Source: Gracilinanus agilis (lineage: Eukaryota). Taken from it: 63,134 bases of DNA. Positions 36,601-50,583 of the stretch are shown in pieces. The first letter of the stretch is position 1, and each line of letters opens with the position of its first letter. The DNA lies in contig NC_058130.1 in NCBI RefSeq assembly GCF_016433145.1, positions 711,632,525-711,695,658 on the forward strand, written 5' to 3'. The notes under the pieces are model-generated. The model made no database searches, was not told the DNA's origin, and saw only the letters and a program-made list of their open reading frames with translations. A program made the position numbers and the translations under genes.

Positions 36601-39019
36601 CCCCATTGACTCTGTAATATCACGATGTTGCTTCCAGGACTGTAGACACTGACTGGAGACATCTCTCCACCCCAACCAGCTTTTATGGGATAAGCTTGTG
36701 GATTTGTATATTCCCCCTTGCCTCCTCTCAAGAGATCTAAACCTCTGCTGTTATTATGAGAACTTGGGTGACATGGCTTGTCCTTTTGCCCCTAGAAGGC
36801 AAAGATTTCAGGAGAGGTGGGACCCACTTCTTGCTTCCCTTCTCTCTAGGAATGTTTGTGGCCTGTAGCACATAGGCCCTAGGGTTTAGAGCTGGAAGAG
36901 GCCTTAGAAATAATCTAGCCTAAACACAAATTTATAGGGGAAATTGAGGCTTATAGTAGTTAAGTAACTTGATCAAGGTCATCTGGCTAGTAATAAGCAG
37001 AATTTGAGGGGTGCAGCTGGGTGACTCAGTGGATTGAGAACCAGGCCCAGAGTCAGGAGGTCCCAGGTTCAAATCTGGTCTCAGACACTTCCTAGCTGTG
37101 TGACCTTGAGCAAGTCACTTAACCCCCTTGACCCAGCCCTTACTGCTCTTCTGCCTAGAACCAGTGCACAGTATTGATTCCAAGACAGAAGGTAAGGATT
37201 AAAAAAAAAATTAGGCAGAATTTGAACTCAGGTTCTTTTGACCCCAAATCCCATACTCTTTCAGCATACCACACTCATTCTCCATTGGGTCCTTGGCTAG
37301 ACCTTCCAGAGGATAGTAGATACTGGCAGAATTCCTTCCAGTGAGATCTGGAGGACAAAGGAGCCAGAGTCCTTGGCAGGCTCCCTTAGGAAAGATGGGA
37401 CCTTGGCATTTAGTGCTGGAAAGGACCCTCTTGTTCAGGGGCTCATAACCTGGGCTGTATGGGCACCACATACATTTCAGAGGGGAACTTGGAAGGGGAA
37501 AATTACATTTGCATTTCAGTATAGTTGATTTTCTTTATAACGCACATTTTAAAACATTCTTTTGAGAAGGGGGTCCAAGCCACACTCGTGAAAACTAAGA
37601 ACCTAGTCTAACTCCCCCTAATTTACAAAGAGGCAATGCGAGCCACCTGAAGAAAGGGATTTGCCCAAAGGAAAAGCAAAATTGGAATTCCAACCCAGGT
37701 TCTTTGACTAGAGTCACCATTCAGAGTCCTTTCTACTAGGTCGTGCTGCTGCTCAGGATGGGGTGCTTGGCAGCATTTCCCCAGACGCAGAAAAGGTTGG
37801 GTGCTCTCAGAAGGTAGGTCCCTGTGGACTCCCCGTGGGGACTTGATCTCTCTCCCCTGCCAGTTCCCTGTTGGGGAGATCAGGTTCCCTGTTGCTTAGC
37901 AACTAGGTTTCTAGATAGTGAATAATGCAGGTAGCAGATGTGGGGGTTCAGCAGGTCCGGAGGTGGCCTCTCTGGAACCCTCTAGGTCTGTCCCCTCCCT
38001 TACCCCTAACCGGGAGCTAAGGGGTCAAGGGAAAGGAGAGGAGCTTCAGGGCAAGGGGATATAGGGAAGGGGACCCTGGGAATCCACAGACAACTCATCA
38101 TTGACAAGGTCTAGTGTTTCAAGGCATCTTAAAGATCCGCTAGCCCAATCCCATCTTTTTATGGATGGGGAAACTGAGGCCCAGAGACTTGCCCCATGTC
38201 ATCCACTTAGTAAGTAGAGAGCCAAATAAAGTTTCTCTCCTCCCAAATCCAGGGTTCTTTCTACTGTACTGCATTTCATGCCTCTTCCCCCTGCATCTGG
38301 CTCCACCACTATTTGGAGCTCCATGGAATCCAGGTGTCCTCGTCTCTCCTCCCTCACTGAGTGCTCCTCTCAAAGGGCCTCCTCCTGTGGTGCTGGCCAC
38401 TTCCCCGCCTCCGGCACAGACTTTGCCCCCACTGACCCATGACTCCTGAAGAGTTTGTATCAGAAGCCAGAAGGGGGAGGGGATGGGGAAGGAGTGCCTG
38501 AGATTCCTTTCTTTCTCTCCCAAGGACAAATGGCTGTCCCGGCTTTGGAGCATTTGCCTCTCTTAAAATGGCAGCTCAAGGCTGGTGGAAGGGGGGGGGT
38601 CTTCTTTGGCCATCACCCCAGAGGCTTGGAACCATTGGTGACCTCCACCAGGGGGCAGGGGCTTGCTTGAGGAACTGCCTCCTTGCTAGGTGGGCTCATA
38701 GGATTTGGAGCTGAAGGGACTTCAGAAATCCTCTAGTCCAACGCCATCATTTTACAGAGGAGAAAACTATGGTCCATCGGGACTACATGACTTGCCCAAG
38801 GTCACACATTGTGTCCATGGCCAATCTGAAATGTAAACTCTTTCCAATTTAGTTCTCTTTCTACAACACCCACTCCAGTTGTTCAATGCAGCCTAGGTAA
38901 GCCACCCACCCCTTTGGGCTGCTCTGCTCAATTCCCCTCCCTCTCCCAAGCCTTGGTACTTACATTGGATTTGCTGGGGTCCACCCACTGGGGGGCAAAC
39001 CCTGACTCTGTAGGGCCAT
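17635..39019 (-). CDS. PALM3: Paralemmin-3, complement(join(17635..19145,21165..21210,25704..25788,26156..26292,26583..26663,27997..28045,38964..39019)), 654 aa
   Basis: 7 GT-AG exons totalling 1965 nt; MALQSQ..PMPMVESALYRQRLEVIAEKRRLQE..RKSLRERWLMDG paralemmin N-terminus; acidic body; C-terminal KQTCQCCVVM palmitoylation/CaaX motif. Confidence 0.96.
19883..20105 (+). mobile_element. SINE1_Mdo-like SINE
   Basis: ggggcagctagatagcacagtggat..ggttcacatctggcctcag..gaaggtaaagg and A-rich tail. Confidence 0.85.
20330..20785 (+). mobile_element. MER63-like (hAT-Blackjack) DNA transposon relic interrupted by two SINEs (20408-20474 fragment; ~20543-20742 full length)
   Basis: gagcatttacaccttggaaat and the terminus ctggttgttaaacatttacca recall MER63; related pieces at ~24240-24390 and ~43515-43712 (-). 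Confidence 0.6.
21165..21210 (-). CDS. PALM3: PALM3 exon 6
   Basis: VSRSLSQTAMESGLE; ctctttag| acceptor and AAG|GTGAGT donor; phases 0/1. Confidence 0.88.
21629..21767. other. Assembly gap (N run)
   Basis: Ns next to a TC-rich microsatellite. Confidence 1.
22569..22820 (+). mobile_element. MAR1-type marsupial SINE
   Basis: Core SINE head plus RTE-derived tail ctggagaaggaaatggcaaaccactc..gaagagttggac; further copies at ~24650-24905 (-), ~31625-31875 (-), ~34098-34345 (+). Confidence 0.8.
22835..24020 (-). mobile_element. L2 LINE relic with MIR insert (approximate)
   Basis: agtcaacaagcatttaccaagtgcttactctg L2 terminus followed by a purine-rich degenerate ORF2 antisense tract. Confidence 0.6.
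24026..24560 (+). mobile_element. Two SINE1_Mdo-like SINEs (~24026-24200, ~24394-24555) flanking a MER63-like piece
   Basis: aggcctagagatgggaggtc..ggttcaa..ggcctcaga head and core in both copies. Confidence 0.75.
25704..25788 (-). CDS. PALM3: PALM3 exon 5
   Basis: LQSQLQLLQSASTGAQRK..WRRQ; phases 2/0. Confidence 0.95.
26156..26292 (-). CDS. PALM3: PALM3 exon 4
   Basis: RKSLRERWLMDG..GQAQARIQHLKDSLF; phases 0/2. Confidence 0.95.
26583..26663 (-). CDS. PALM3: PALM3 exon 3
   Basis: EKRRLQEQICGARRELEEEKLRVQRLK; phases 0/0. Confidence 0.95.
27997..28045 (-). CDS. PALM3: PALM3 exon 2
   Basis: (M)PMVESALYRQRLEVIA; ctctttgcag| acceptor and |GTAAGT donor; phases 2/0. Confidence 0.95.
28480..29330 (+). 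mobile_element. Old L1 3' fragment with an internal 126-bp tandem duplication
   Basis: cactatgcattgttggtggagctgtgaa..gcaatttggagttac L1 ORF2 end; duplicated block at 28758-28878 and 28884-29007. Confidence 0.7.
29590..31600 (+). mobile_element. L2 LINE relic interrupted by SINEs (~29871-30070 +, ~30996-31199 -)
   Basis: Pyrimidine-rich L2 ORF2-like text (ctcttcaattgccaa..cctagacatcttgaattggatattccataaacatctcaaatacaacatatctaaaacag). Confidence 0.7.
32370..33160 (-). mobile_element. L1 ORF2 C-terminal/3' fragment
   Basis: Minus-strand peptide KIFTAALF..WKLRGCPSIEEWLNKLWHMIVMEYY is the L1 ORF2 C-terminal motif. Confidence 0.88.
33435..33625. other. Assembly gap (N run)
   Basis: Ns. Confidence 1.
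35140..35540 (-). mobile_element. hAT (MER45/Tip100-like) MITE relic with a nested SINE1_Mdo-like element (~35193-35395 +)
   Basis: gtggttttctaagtcaat..agggatccttatatactgtttagtggccc; the SINE is bounded by aaaataattgg-like repeats. Confidence 0.5.
35760..36057 (+). mobile_element. L1 ORF2 fragment (young Mdo-type)
   Basis: gattatatcaaattaaaaaggttttgtacaaacaaaaccaatg..ctctgacaaaggtttaatt..gacatgaataggcagttttca. Confidence 0.85.
37008..37210 (+). mobile_element. SINE1_Mdo-like SINE with TSD gcagaatttga
   Basis: Full head, core and poly(A); flanking 11-bp direct repeat. Confidence 0.9.
37891..37903. promoter_or_regulatory. RFX X-box-like palindrome in PALM3 intron 1
   Basis: GTTGCTTAGCAAC, ~1.1 kb downstream of the PALM3 ATG. 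Confidence 0.5.
38964..39019 (-). CDS. PALM3: PALM3 exon 1
   Basis: aagATGG Kozak; MALQSQGLPPSGWTPANP + AT|GTAAGT; matches the recalled human start MALQSQ..TPM. Confidence 0.9.
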
Positions 39020-39339
39020 CTTGCTTGTGGGGCCGGGCTACCCAGCTGGGCAGCAGGTGCCCGGAGAGGTTGGGGACGACAGGTGGGGGTGGGGGGGCTG
39101 CTGCGGGCACCAGGAGAGCTGGTCAGGCTGGTTTGGGCGGAAGGAAGTAGGGAGGGAAGGGAAGGGAGAGGGGGGCCTGAGCCAGAGCTGGCTGGCGGGC
39201 CTGGGGAGGCACTATCAGCTGTCCTGATGAATTATTTACCAGCCACCAGCTGCCTCCCTCTGCCGCCTGCTGTCCTGTGCGCACACCCTCGCAGTCATGC
39301 ACAGGCATGTCAATGGTGACCAGCCAGACAACTGAACGA

Positions 39340-39780
39340 AGTATCACATATGAATGGAATGGGACATATACTGTGAGAAAAGATGAAATGGACAGTTCTG
39401 GAGAGACCTCGGAAGATTTGTATGAATTGATGCAGAGTGAAGTGAGCAGAGCCAGGAGAACAATTTCTACTGAAACAACCAAAAGCTAATGACTTTGAAA
39501 GACTAAGGAACTCTGATCATGGCAATAAAAACTAATGATGATTCCAGAAGACCAGTGAGTAAGCCTGTTCCCTGACAGTGAGAGATGGTGAAGTTAGGAT
39601 GCAGAACGAGCCGTGCATTTCTGGAAACAGCCAATGTGGGGCTTTGTTGGACTTAACTGTGTGTATTTGTTAAAAGGATTTTCTTTCTTTTTTCCTCCAG
39701 GGAGGTGAGTGAGAGAGAGAAAAGAAATGTATTTTCATTGAAAGATTAAAATTTAATTTAAAAAAAGAAGAAGAAAAAAC
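39340..39780 (+). mobile_element. Old L1 3' fragment (approximate)
   Basis: gaagatttgtatgaattgatgcagagtgaagtgagcagagccaggagaacaattt and an A-rich end. Confidence 0.6.
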
Positions 39781-40180
39781 AAACCACTGACCACTTAAGC
39801 ACATGTCCTGACTCTGTGGGCATTTTGGGGGATAGCCTCAGACAAGTCTTAGGACAGAGGATTTAAAGCTGGAATGGACCTTAGATATTCCTGTACCTAA
39901 CCCTTTCATTGGGGATATAGAGGGTACTGAAGTGCATTGAGACTCAAGGTCCCAAAGCCAGGAGGAGACCTAGGTCCTCACTCTCCAAATCTCTAGATGG
40001 ATGGAGTCAAGAAGATCTGAGTTCCAATCCAGCCTCAGATACATATTAGCTGTGTGACTCTGGGCAAGTCACTTAACCTCCCTGGGCCTTGGTTTCCTCA
40101 TCTGTAAAATGGGGCTGATAGCACCTACTTCCCAGGGTTGATATGAGGATCAAATGAGATAATACTTAAAAGTATTAGCA

Positions 40181-40523
40181 CCTAGCTGTGTGACTCTGTG
40201 CAAGTCCCTTAATCTCCATTGCCTAGCCCTTACTGCTCTTCTGCCTGCCTTGGAACCAATACACAATATTGATTCTAAGATGGAAGGCAAGAGTTTTTAA
40301 AAAAAGGTATTGGAGGGGGCAGCTGGGTAGCTCAGTGGATTGAGAGCCAGGCCTAGAGATGGGAGGTCCTGGGTTCAAATATGGCCTCAGACACTCCCCA
40401 GCTATGTGACCCTGGGCAAGTCACTTAACCGCCATTGCCTAGCCCTTACCACTCTTCTGCCTTGGAGCCAATATACAGTATTGACTCCAAGATGGAAGGG
40501 TAAGGGTTTAAAAAAAAAAAAAA
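40181..40523 (+). mobile_element. Truncated plus full-length SINE1_Mdo-like pair inserted in a MIR
   Basis: Second copy 40313-40516 flanked by the 14-bp TSD aaaaaaaggtattg (40299-40312, 40517-40530). Confidence 0.9.
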
Positions 40524-41736
40524 GGTATTGACACATAGTAGGTGCTGTATAAATATTAACTGCTATTATTGTTATTCACAGTAGGAGGAGTAGCAGTGGT
40601 GATAATATTCTAACTATTGCCACAGGTCCCTGGGAAATATTTAGAGGACATGCCATACTCTAAGATCATGGCCAAACACTTGTTTCTAGGAGCCTATTTC
40701 CTTTTCCTTAAGCTCTGGAGCAGGGTAGAGAGCAGTATTTGGGTGGGGTTGGATTAGACAGGGAATCCTGAGGACCCACCACTGGGAGCCTCCTGGTTCC
40801 ACACTGGAGAAGCAGAGGGGGACAATGAGAGGGGTAGGGAATCTATTCCTCCATCTGTTCCTCCCAAACTCTAGATGGTTATGAATCACTGTAGATTAGG
40901 GGAAAGGACTGAGAATCAAAAGACCTGGGTTTGACTCTGGGTTCTGTTTCTTGATCTCTATAGGACCAGGGCAAGTTTCACTGAGTCTCTCAGACTCAGT
41001 TTCTTCATCTATAAAATGGGGATAATGACATTTGTGTTACCTACTTCTGAAGGTGGCAATGAGTAAAATGACTTGTAAAACTTAAAGTCTGAGAGGCAAT
41101 ATTGGATTATGGACTGCAACTCGCCTCAGAGTCAGGATCAACTGCTATCTGTGACACATATGTTTGACTCTTTCAGTGCCCCAGATCATTCTCTAAGACT
41201 AAATTGTCAGAGGAGTGGCCCACCTGATCTGCATTGGTTCAAATTCTGCTTCAGATACTCCGGCTGTATGACTCAGGGCAAGCCATTTACCCTCTATTTG
41301 CTGCAGGTTCCTCATCAATAAAATGGGGGTTAAAATAGCATCTACCTCCCAGAGTTATTGTGAGAATCAAAATGAGATGATATAAAGTGCTTAGCACCAT
41401 GCCTGGCCCTTAGTAAGTGCTATATAAATGTAAGTTGCTAATTGAAGGAGTTTCCTAGTAGAGAACTTAGACTGATTAAATCAGAAGCTGGTACCAAAAT
41501 TAACTCTACACTTAAGATGAAATAATTATAATAAATAACTAAATTCTTATTTAATACTTGTATGACCTTGGGCAAATCACCTTTCCCTTTCCCTCTCATC
41601 TATGAAAGGTAGAGGTTGAACTAGATGACCTCCTCACCAACTCCAGCAACCTACCCCCATTTCATTTATTCATCCATTCTTTCTACTTTGTGATTTTTGA
41701 CTTCCTCCTCCTCCTCCTCCTCCTCCTCCTCAATAA

Positions 41737-42088
41737 TCCTTACCTTCCATCTTGGAGTCAATACTGTGTATTGTATTGACTGTGTAAGGCAGAAGAGTGG
41801 TAAGGGCTAGGCAATGGGGATCAAGTGACTTGCCCAGGGTCACACAGCTAGAACATGTCTGAGGCCAGATTTGAACCTAGGACTTCCCATCTCTAGGGGT
41901 GGCTCTCAATCCACTGAGCTACCCAGCTGCCCCCTACCTTCTGTCTTAGTAGCAGTTTTAAGACAGAAGAGTGGCAAGGGTTAGGCAACTGGGGTTAAGT
42001 GACTTGCTCAGGATCACAGTGCTAGGAAGTGATTTCAACCCAGGTCCTCCTGACTTCAGGCCTGGCACTCTGTCCACTGTGCTACCTA
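41737..42088 (-). mobile_element. Two stacked SINEs (young 41737-41934, older 41935-42088)
   Basis: Reverse complement of SINE1_Mdo-like heads (ccactgagctacccagctgcccc); (CTC)n tract at 41703-41730. Confidence 0.85.
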
Positions 42089-42104
42089 TCTGCTCTATCC
42101 TTCT

Positions 42105-42640
42105 TTTTTAAAGAGGACCAGTGATATCATGGAATGATGTCTTGATGTGTGTGAATTGTACTTAAGTGAGGCAGAGTTGCCTCACAAGGTCATGAGCCTT
42201 GCCATCTCCTCCAGAGTCTTCAAAGTTCAGTGGCAAGACTAAAGTCAGGATGATTGGTGAAGGCCTGGGTTTCAGTGACCTGGGCATCTAGGATGTTTTA
42301 TTGAACCCTAAGCACTCTACAGAGCCTTCTTCAGCCACCTTCATGGTCAATGGAACAAATTGTTCTCATCCACCCATTCCACTAGGGGAAGTCTTACTTT
42401 ACGGGCTTTGGGTAGACACCTTCCTAATTCGCTAACAGGTTGGTGGCATATTGATTACCCTCAGCCTGATTTAGCCCATCTGTCCGGAGAGTTTATGGGG
42501 TGTGACTATCCAGCATGCTACAACTTCTTGGAGCCGCAGGTGAAAGTCGAGTGCCATGTGGGCCCCAAAGGTGGGTGAGCAGCCCTGAAAAGGGTAAACC
42601 TCACAGTAGAGGTGCCAGTCCTCTTTGTATACCCACACAC
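42105..42640. mobile_element. Marsupial RTE-type interspersed repeat fragment (family uncertain)
   Basis: ggaacaaattgttctcatccacccattcc..cttcttggagccgcaggtga..cagccctgaaaaggg recalls a marsupial RTE-associated repeat. Confidence 0.4.
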
Positions 42641-43139
42641 CCTTTTGTTCTATCTATGGCATGCTGGGTACTGAGGATGTGAGTCTAAACATTGAGTCCT
42701 GTTCCAGGGGTCTCTGGCTAAGTAGAAGATACACACTAAGAAATTAGGTAATTAATAATATCAGGTCCTATGGGATCCCTATAATGAACCTACACTGCAC
42801 CCAGTATAATGGTAACAGGACTTGATATCATCAGAGGATCCAAGTTTAGACCCCACTGTTTCTTACTACCTATATGAGTTGGGGGCAGGTCATTTCTTTT
42901 GTCTGGGTTTTAGTTTGCAGTCATTTGTAGTAATGGGATGGTTGGACTAGTTTATCTGAGATGCCTTGGGCCTCCAAATCTATGATTCAGTTTTTAAATG
43001 GGCAGCAGACAAACCAAGTTATATTTTCTCAGAGGTAAGAGATATCCCTGGGCAAAGGGGAGAGGAATCAGGGAGGACTACTTGGAGGTGGTGGGGTTTG
43101 AGCATCCCTGACACTTAGCAGAGTACATGGCACATAGCC

Positions 43140-43335
43140 TTTAAAACACTTGCTGAAGGGAAGGTAGGTAGCACAGTGGATAGAGTGCCAGGCCTGGAGT
43201 CAGGAAGACCTGGGATCAGATCTGATCTCTAACACTTCCTATCTGTGTGACCTTGGACAAATCACTTAATTTCCATTGCCTAGCCCTTGCCACTGTTCTA
43301 TCTAAGAATTGTTACTAAGACAGAAGGTAAAGATT
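43140..43335 (+). mobile_element. Older core SINE (SINE1_Mdo/WSINE-like)
   Basis: aggtagcacagtggatagagtgccaggcctggagtcaggaagacc..gacagaaggtaaag. Confidence 0.75.
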
Positions 43336-45652
43336 TTTAGAAAATAAATAACCAAATGCTTGTTGACTGGCTGACAGACACTAGAAGGACATGAAGTTGT
43401 TAAATAGAAGAGAGGAAAGAAAAAGGGAATCCCTTTGAAAAAACATAGCAATTTGATGTGTCCTTATGTTAGTAGAATTTTAACAACTAGCTCTGTGGGG
43501 GGGGGGGGGGAAGTGTTCATGTCACACCTTTTATTTTAATCTGCATGATTAACATTTTCTCCATTACTTCCTCAAGTTTAGATGATGAGAATGAACAATA
43601 CCACACATCAAACCCAAGTTTGTAGGATTTGCTCATTTCCGAGGTGTAAATACTCACACAGAAAATTTGACAATAATCTCTCCAGAGCCGGCCAGGCTCC
43701 AGTGTACCACTACATCACACTCTTGCAGTGAACCTAGATTTAGGAGCTTTCTCAGGGAATTGTGTCTGATTTCTGGGTTTCACATCTTAGGAAGGAAGAA
43801 AAAAAGATAAATTAAAAGGTCTCCAAAAGGTTAGGGTGACCATCTTCTTTTAAATATAACATTTTGTTTTTTCCCTGTAACAACAATTGCAACATTTGTT
43901 TTCTAGAACTTTAAGTTCCAAGTTCTCTCCCTCCCTTCCCTTTCCCCCTCCTTCAGAGAGCAAGCTAGGTCATACTTGTGATATTATGCAAAACATATTT
44001 CTACGTTGGTCATGTTGTGGAATAAAGGCATATAAAAAAACAGGAAGGAAAGTGAAAAAGTTTGCTTTGATCTGCATTCAGACTCCATCAGTTCATTCTC
44101 TGAGGTAGATAGCATTTTTCATCATAAGTCCTTAGGAATGGAGAGTGACCATCTTGGAAGGGGAGCAGCTGATGAACTGGAGATGTTTAGCCTGGAAAAG
44201 AGAAGATCTAGAGGGGGCATGAGAGTTGACTTGACGTCTTTGAAGGGTTGTCATGAGAAAGAGGAATAGGATTTAGAGGTGTTCCCATTTTACAGATGAG
44301 GAAAATGAGCCACAGAGAGAATAAGGGACCTTCTGAATGTCCCACAGGTGGTCATACCCATTTCTAGTACTTTAATAAAGTGTTTTCCTCAGAAAAACAA
44401 CAAGTCACATTTTGATTAATTATTTTATTCATTTTACAGAGGGGGACATGAGGGTCAGAGTTGAAAAGTGAGTCATCTTGAGTTAGGAAAAGTGAGTCAT
44501 CTTGAGTCATCCTCTGGCTCCAAATTGGGTCCCAATAGCTTTTGCAAAACTAAGGACAGGCAAAGAAGGAAGTATGAAGGATGCAAAGTGGAGGGATGCT
44601 GGGAGAAGAGAATGAGTCAGGAGAGCAGAAGAGATAAGAGTTTTGGGGGAGAAAAGAATACAAGTTTTATTGGATGAAGGGGGCTGATGAAAAGAATTCC
44701 TGGGACTTGGGAAGAAAGTAGAGACTGCATTTACTCAGGGCTGCCACTTGGGGGTGTGATAAATTGGTGGAGGGGTATTGAGAATCTGTGTAGAAGGAAG
44801 GTAGGGGGCACAGAGCTATAAGTGGATCCCTCCAGGAACCTCAGGAAACTCCTTAAGCATAGGATCCTAGGACCTCTATGATGCCCTCCTAAGTCCTCAG
44901 GGCTCATTATTTGGGAATATGTGCCTTCTGCCTATCCATAAAGTCAAAAAGAGAGATGAAGATTGGGTTCGAGGACCTCTGGGTTCTGAAGAATAAGGGC
45001 TGCAAGGGACAGCAAATTTTGGTGTGGGGACAACAGGAGACAGACATCTAAGTTGGTACCCAGCAGGAAGATAAAACAGAGTAAAGAATCACACATGGGG
45101 CAGGCAGATAGGCAAACAGAGGTAGAGAGAAATACGCAGAAATGAAAAGAACAGAGATAGAAACAGAAGAGAAACCAAGGTAGGGTGCTATATAGAGGCA
45201 AGCAAAGAAAGAGACACAGGCCAAGAGAGACAAAGACTTAAACAGAGAATGAAATAGTCAAAGAGGGACAGATTCAGATCGAGCTATTAAATGACATAAG
45301 AAATATAGAATTTAAAAAGACATAGAGAGAGCCAGAGACCCTGAAAAGCAGTAATAGGCAAAGACAGAGTGGAAGAGAGAGATATGGGAAGATCTAGTAG
45401 AAACAGAAGCAGAGACAAAGACAGATATGTAGTGGGATGGAGGGTGCCACAAGGCAGAGAGAGACAGAGACTGACACAGGGAGACATACACAGATAGAGA
45501 ATTGAAGTTCGAAATAGAGAGACACAGAGATATAGATGTGGAGGTAGCATCACCAGAATAAAGGAGCAGAGAGATAGGAAGGCAGAGAAGGAAAAAGAGA
45601 CTAAAATGCAAATAGAGAATGTGGTGAGGGGGGAGAGAGAGAGAGAGAGAGG

Positions 45653-45697
<45 letters not shown>

Positions 45698-45705
45698 GTC
45701 TCTTA

Positions 45706-46075
45706 NNNNNNNNNNNNNNNNNNNNNNNNNNNNNNNNNNNNNNNNNNNNNNNNNNNNNNNNNNNNNNNNNNNNNNNNNNNNNNNNNNNNNNNNNNNNNNN
45801 NNNNNNNNNNNNNNNNNNNNNNNNNNNNNNNNNNNNNNNNNNNNNNNNNNNNNNNNNNNNNNNNNNNNNNNNNNNNNNNNNNNNNNNNNNNNNNNNNNNN
45901 NNNNNNNNNNNNNNNNNNNNNNNNNNNNNNNNNNNNNNNNNNNNNNNNNNNNNNNNNNNNNNNNNNNNNNNNNNNNNNNNNNNNNNNNNNNNNNNNNNNN
46001 NNNNNNNNNNNNNNNNNNNNNNNNNNNNNNNNNNNNNNNNNNNNNNNNNNNNNNNNNNNNNNNNNNNNNNNNNNN
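45706..46075. other. Assembly gap flanked by (GA)n microsatellites
   Basis: Ns; GA runs at ~45632-45695 and 46080-46150. Confidence 1.
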
Positions 46076-46077
46076 GG

Positions 46078-46155
<78 letters not shown>

Positions 46156-47174
46156 AGTGGGGGGTGGGAGTCGGGGAATAAAAGGTGCAAATAGAAAACC
46201 AGGCAGAGAAAAACACATTATAATGCAATTTTGATAGTCTAACTTCTAAGGCTGCTGTGGGAGGTTCTACATTATAGTGATATCACTCCAGTAGATGAGT
46301 GATCTTTCTTAGAAAGCTCCTGACCCTTTGTAAACAGCCTTGAGCAGGCCCCTCTTTCTACATCTGGATCTAAACTAGCCCCAAATCACCTCAGCTTAGG
46401 CTGTAAAGTAGAACCTCCCACAGCCTACCTGCCCCAGGATTCTTTGGATTTTTTAATGCTTCCACTATGGTAGGGGAGAATGCTCAGCAGCCTCTGAAGT
46501 TAGACTATCAACAATTGAAAATCTGGGGTGGGCTGGGGAATGGATTTGCACCCGAAGTGAAAAGGCTGGGGTGAGGTGGAGTTGGCAATGAAGCAGGGGC
46601 AGAAGGCAAAGGAGATGGTCAAGCCAGTTCCCAGAGGCCCCGTTGGTCTCCAGCAGGAGAGCGAAGAGGACTATAGAGGAACCAGTAGGAGTTGGCTTAA
46701 ATATGGTCTTTCTAGCTATGTAGCTACCCAGGAATTCTCCCCAAGGGAGGACTAGATTAGCCTGAGGCTAGTCATCCCTCTGTGGGTGGGGGGTAAGGAG
46801 TGCCAGCAGAATTTCTGGCTGTGGATTGGGGGGAGGTACCTGGGTGTAGAGCCCTTAGACTAGTGTTCAATTTATGAGCCAAGAATATAGTGATGACTGG
46901 AGAAGAGGCTGAGAAGGAGGAAGATGGGTTTACGGGCCCCTGGGTTCGGGTTGGCCTCTTTGGGATGGTGTACTCCAGAAGAGGTGGAGGCTTTGGAGCA
47001 AGGTGATATCTCAAAGGAGAGGGAAGTGGGAAAAAGGCAAATCTTACCACAGGGATGAGCTAGGGACTCTAGGATAGGCTTAGGTGACAGTAGGGAGCAC
47101 AACTGACCCCACACCATGGACACAGAGCCAAATGTTCTGGAGGAGCAGTTTGGGCAACGTTAAGAATGTGGGGA

Positions 47175-47373
47175 CAGTGGGCAGCTAGCTGGCTCATTGG
47201 ATAGAGAATCAGACCTGGTGACAGGAGGTCCTGGGTTCAAATTTGACCTCAAACATTTCCTAGCAGTGTGATCCTGGGCTTATTCCCCATTGCCTACCCC
47301 TTTACTGCTCTTCTGCCTTGGAACCAATACACAGTATTGATTCTAAAACGGAAACTAAGGGTTAAAAAAAAAA
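47175..47373 (+). mobile_element. SINE1_Mdo-like SINE just upstream of the MISP3 promoter
   Basis: 13-bp TSD aagaatgtgggga at 47162-47174 and 47374-47386. Confidence 0.9.
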
Positions 47374-47723
47374 AAGAATGTGGGGATGGAGTTGAGAAGC
47401 AACACTTTAGACCTTTCTGAAATGTGGAGGTGGTGGGCCTGGGGTCAAGTGCTAACTCAGCAAGCATCAACCAAGATGGGGAGAGCTCTCCCAAGGGGAA
47501 GGCTCTTTTCATCCTAGAATGCCCCTCAGCCAGCCCAAGGCCACAAGAGTCAAGAAACCTAGTTTGGGTGGGGTTTATGGGATTGACACTTGGCTCAGAC
47601 TCACTGCCCTAAGTAATGTGTGGACTGGGGGGCCAGGGACAGAAGAGGATGTCCCTGTCCAAGTCAAAGACCTAAGCACTGCGCCCCGAGACCTCCCCAG
47701 GAAAGCCCCAAGGGATTCAGTGA

Positions 47724-50321
<2,598 letters not shown>

Positions 50322-50577
50322 CTGATCACCTGTCCCTTGCTTTATTAACCTGTGCTGGGGATCTTTAATTAGTTACACTCCACCCCCTCCACTAACCCTG
50401 GCTGGGGGCTCCTGATTGGCCACCTGTCCCCAATGCTGCTGTGGCTCCTGATCCATCCAGAAAGGAGAAAGGATACCTACTTCCTCTGTCCTCTCTGGAC
50501 ATCATATCCAGGCTTCGACTGTTACATGGCTCTGGAAGAGAGAACCCTCCTCAACCTTCTCAGCTCACTGTGCCATC

Positions 50578-50583
50578 AATAAA
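50578..50583 (+). terminator. Probable MISP3 polyadenylation signal
   Basis: AATAAA ~255 nt after the predicted stop. Confidence 0.65.
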
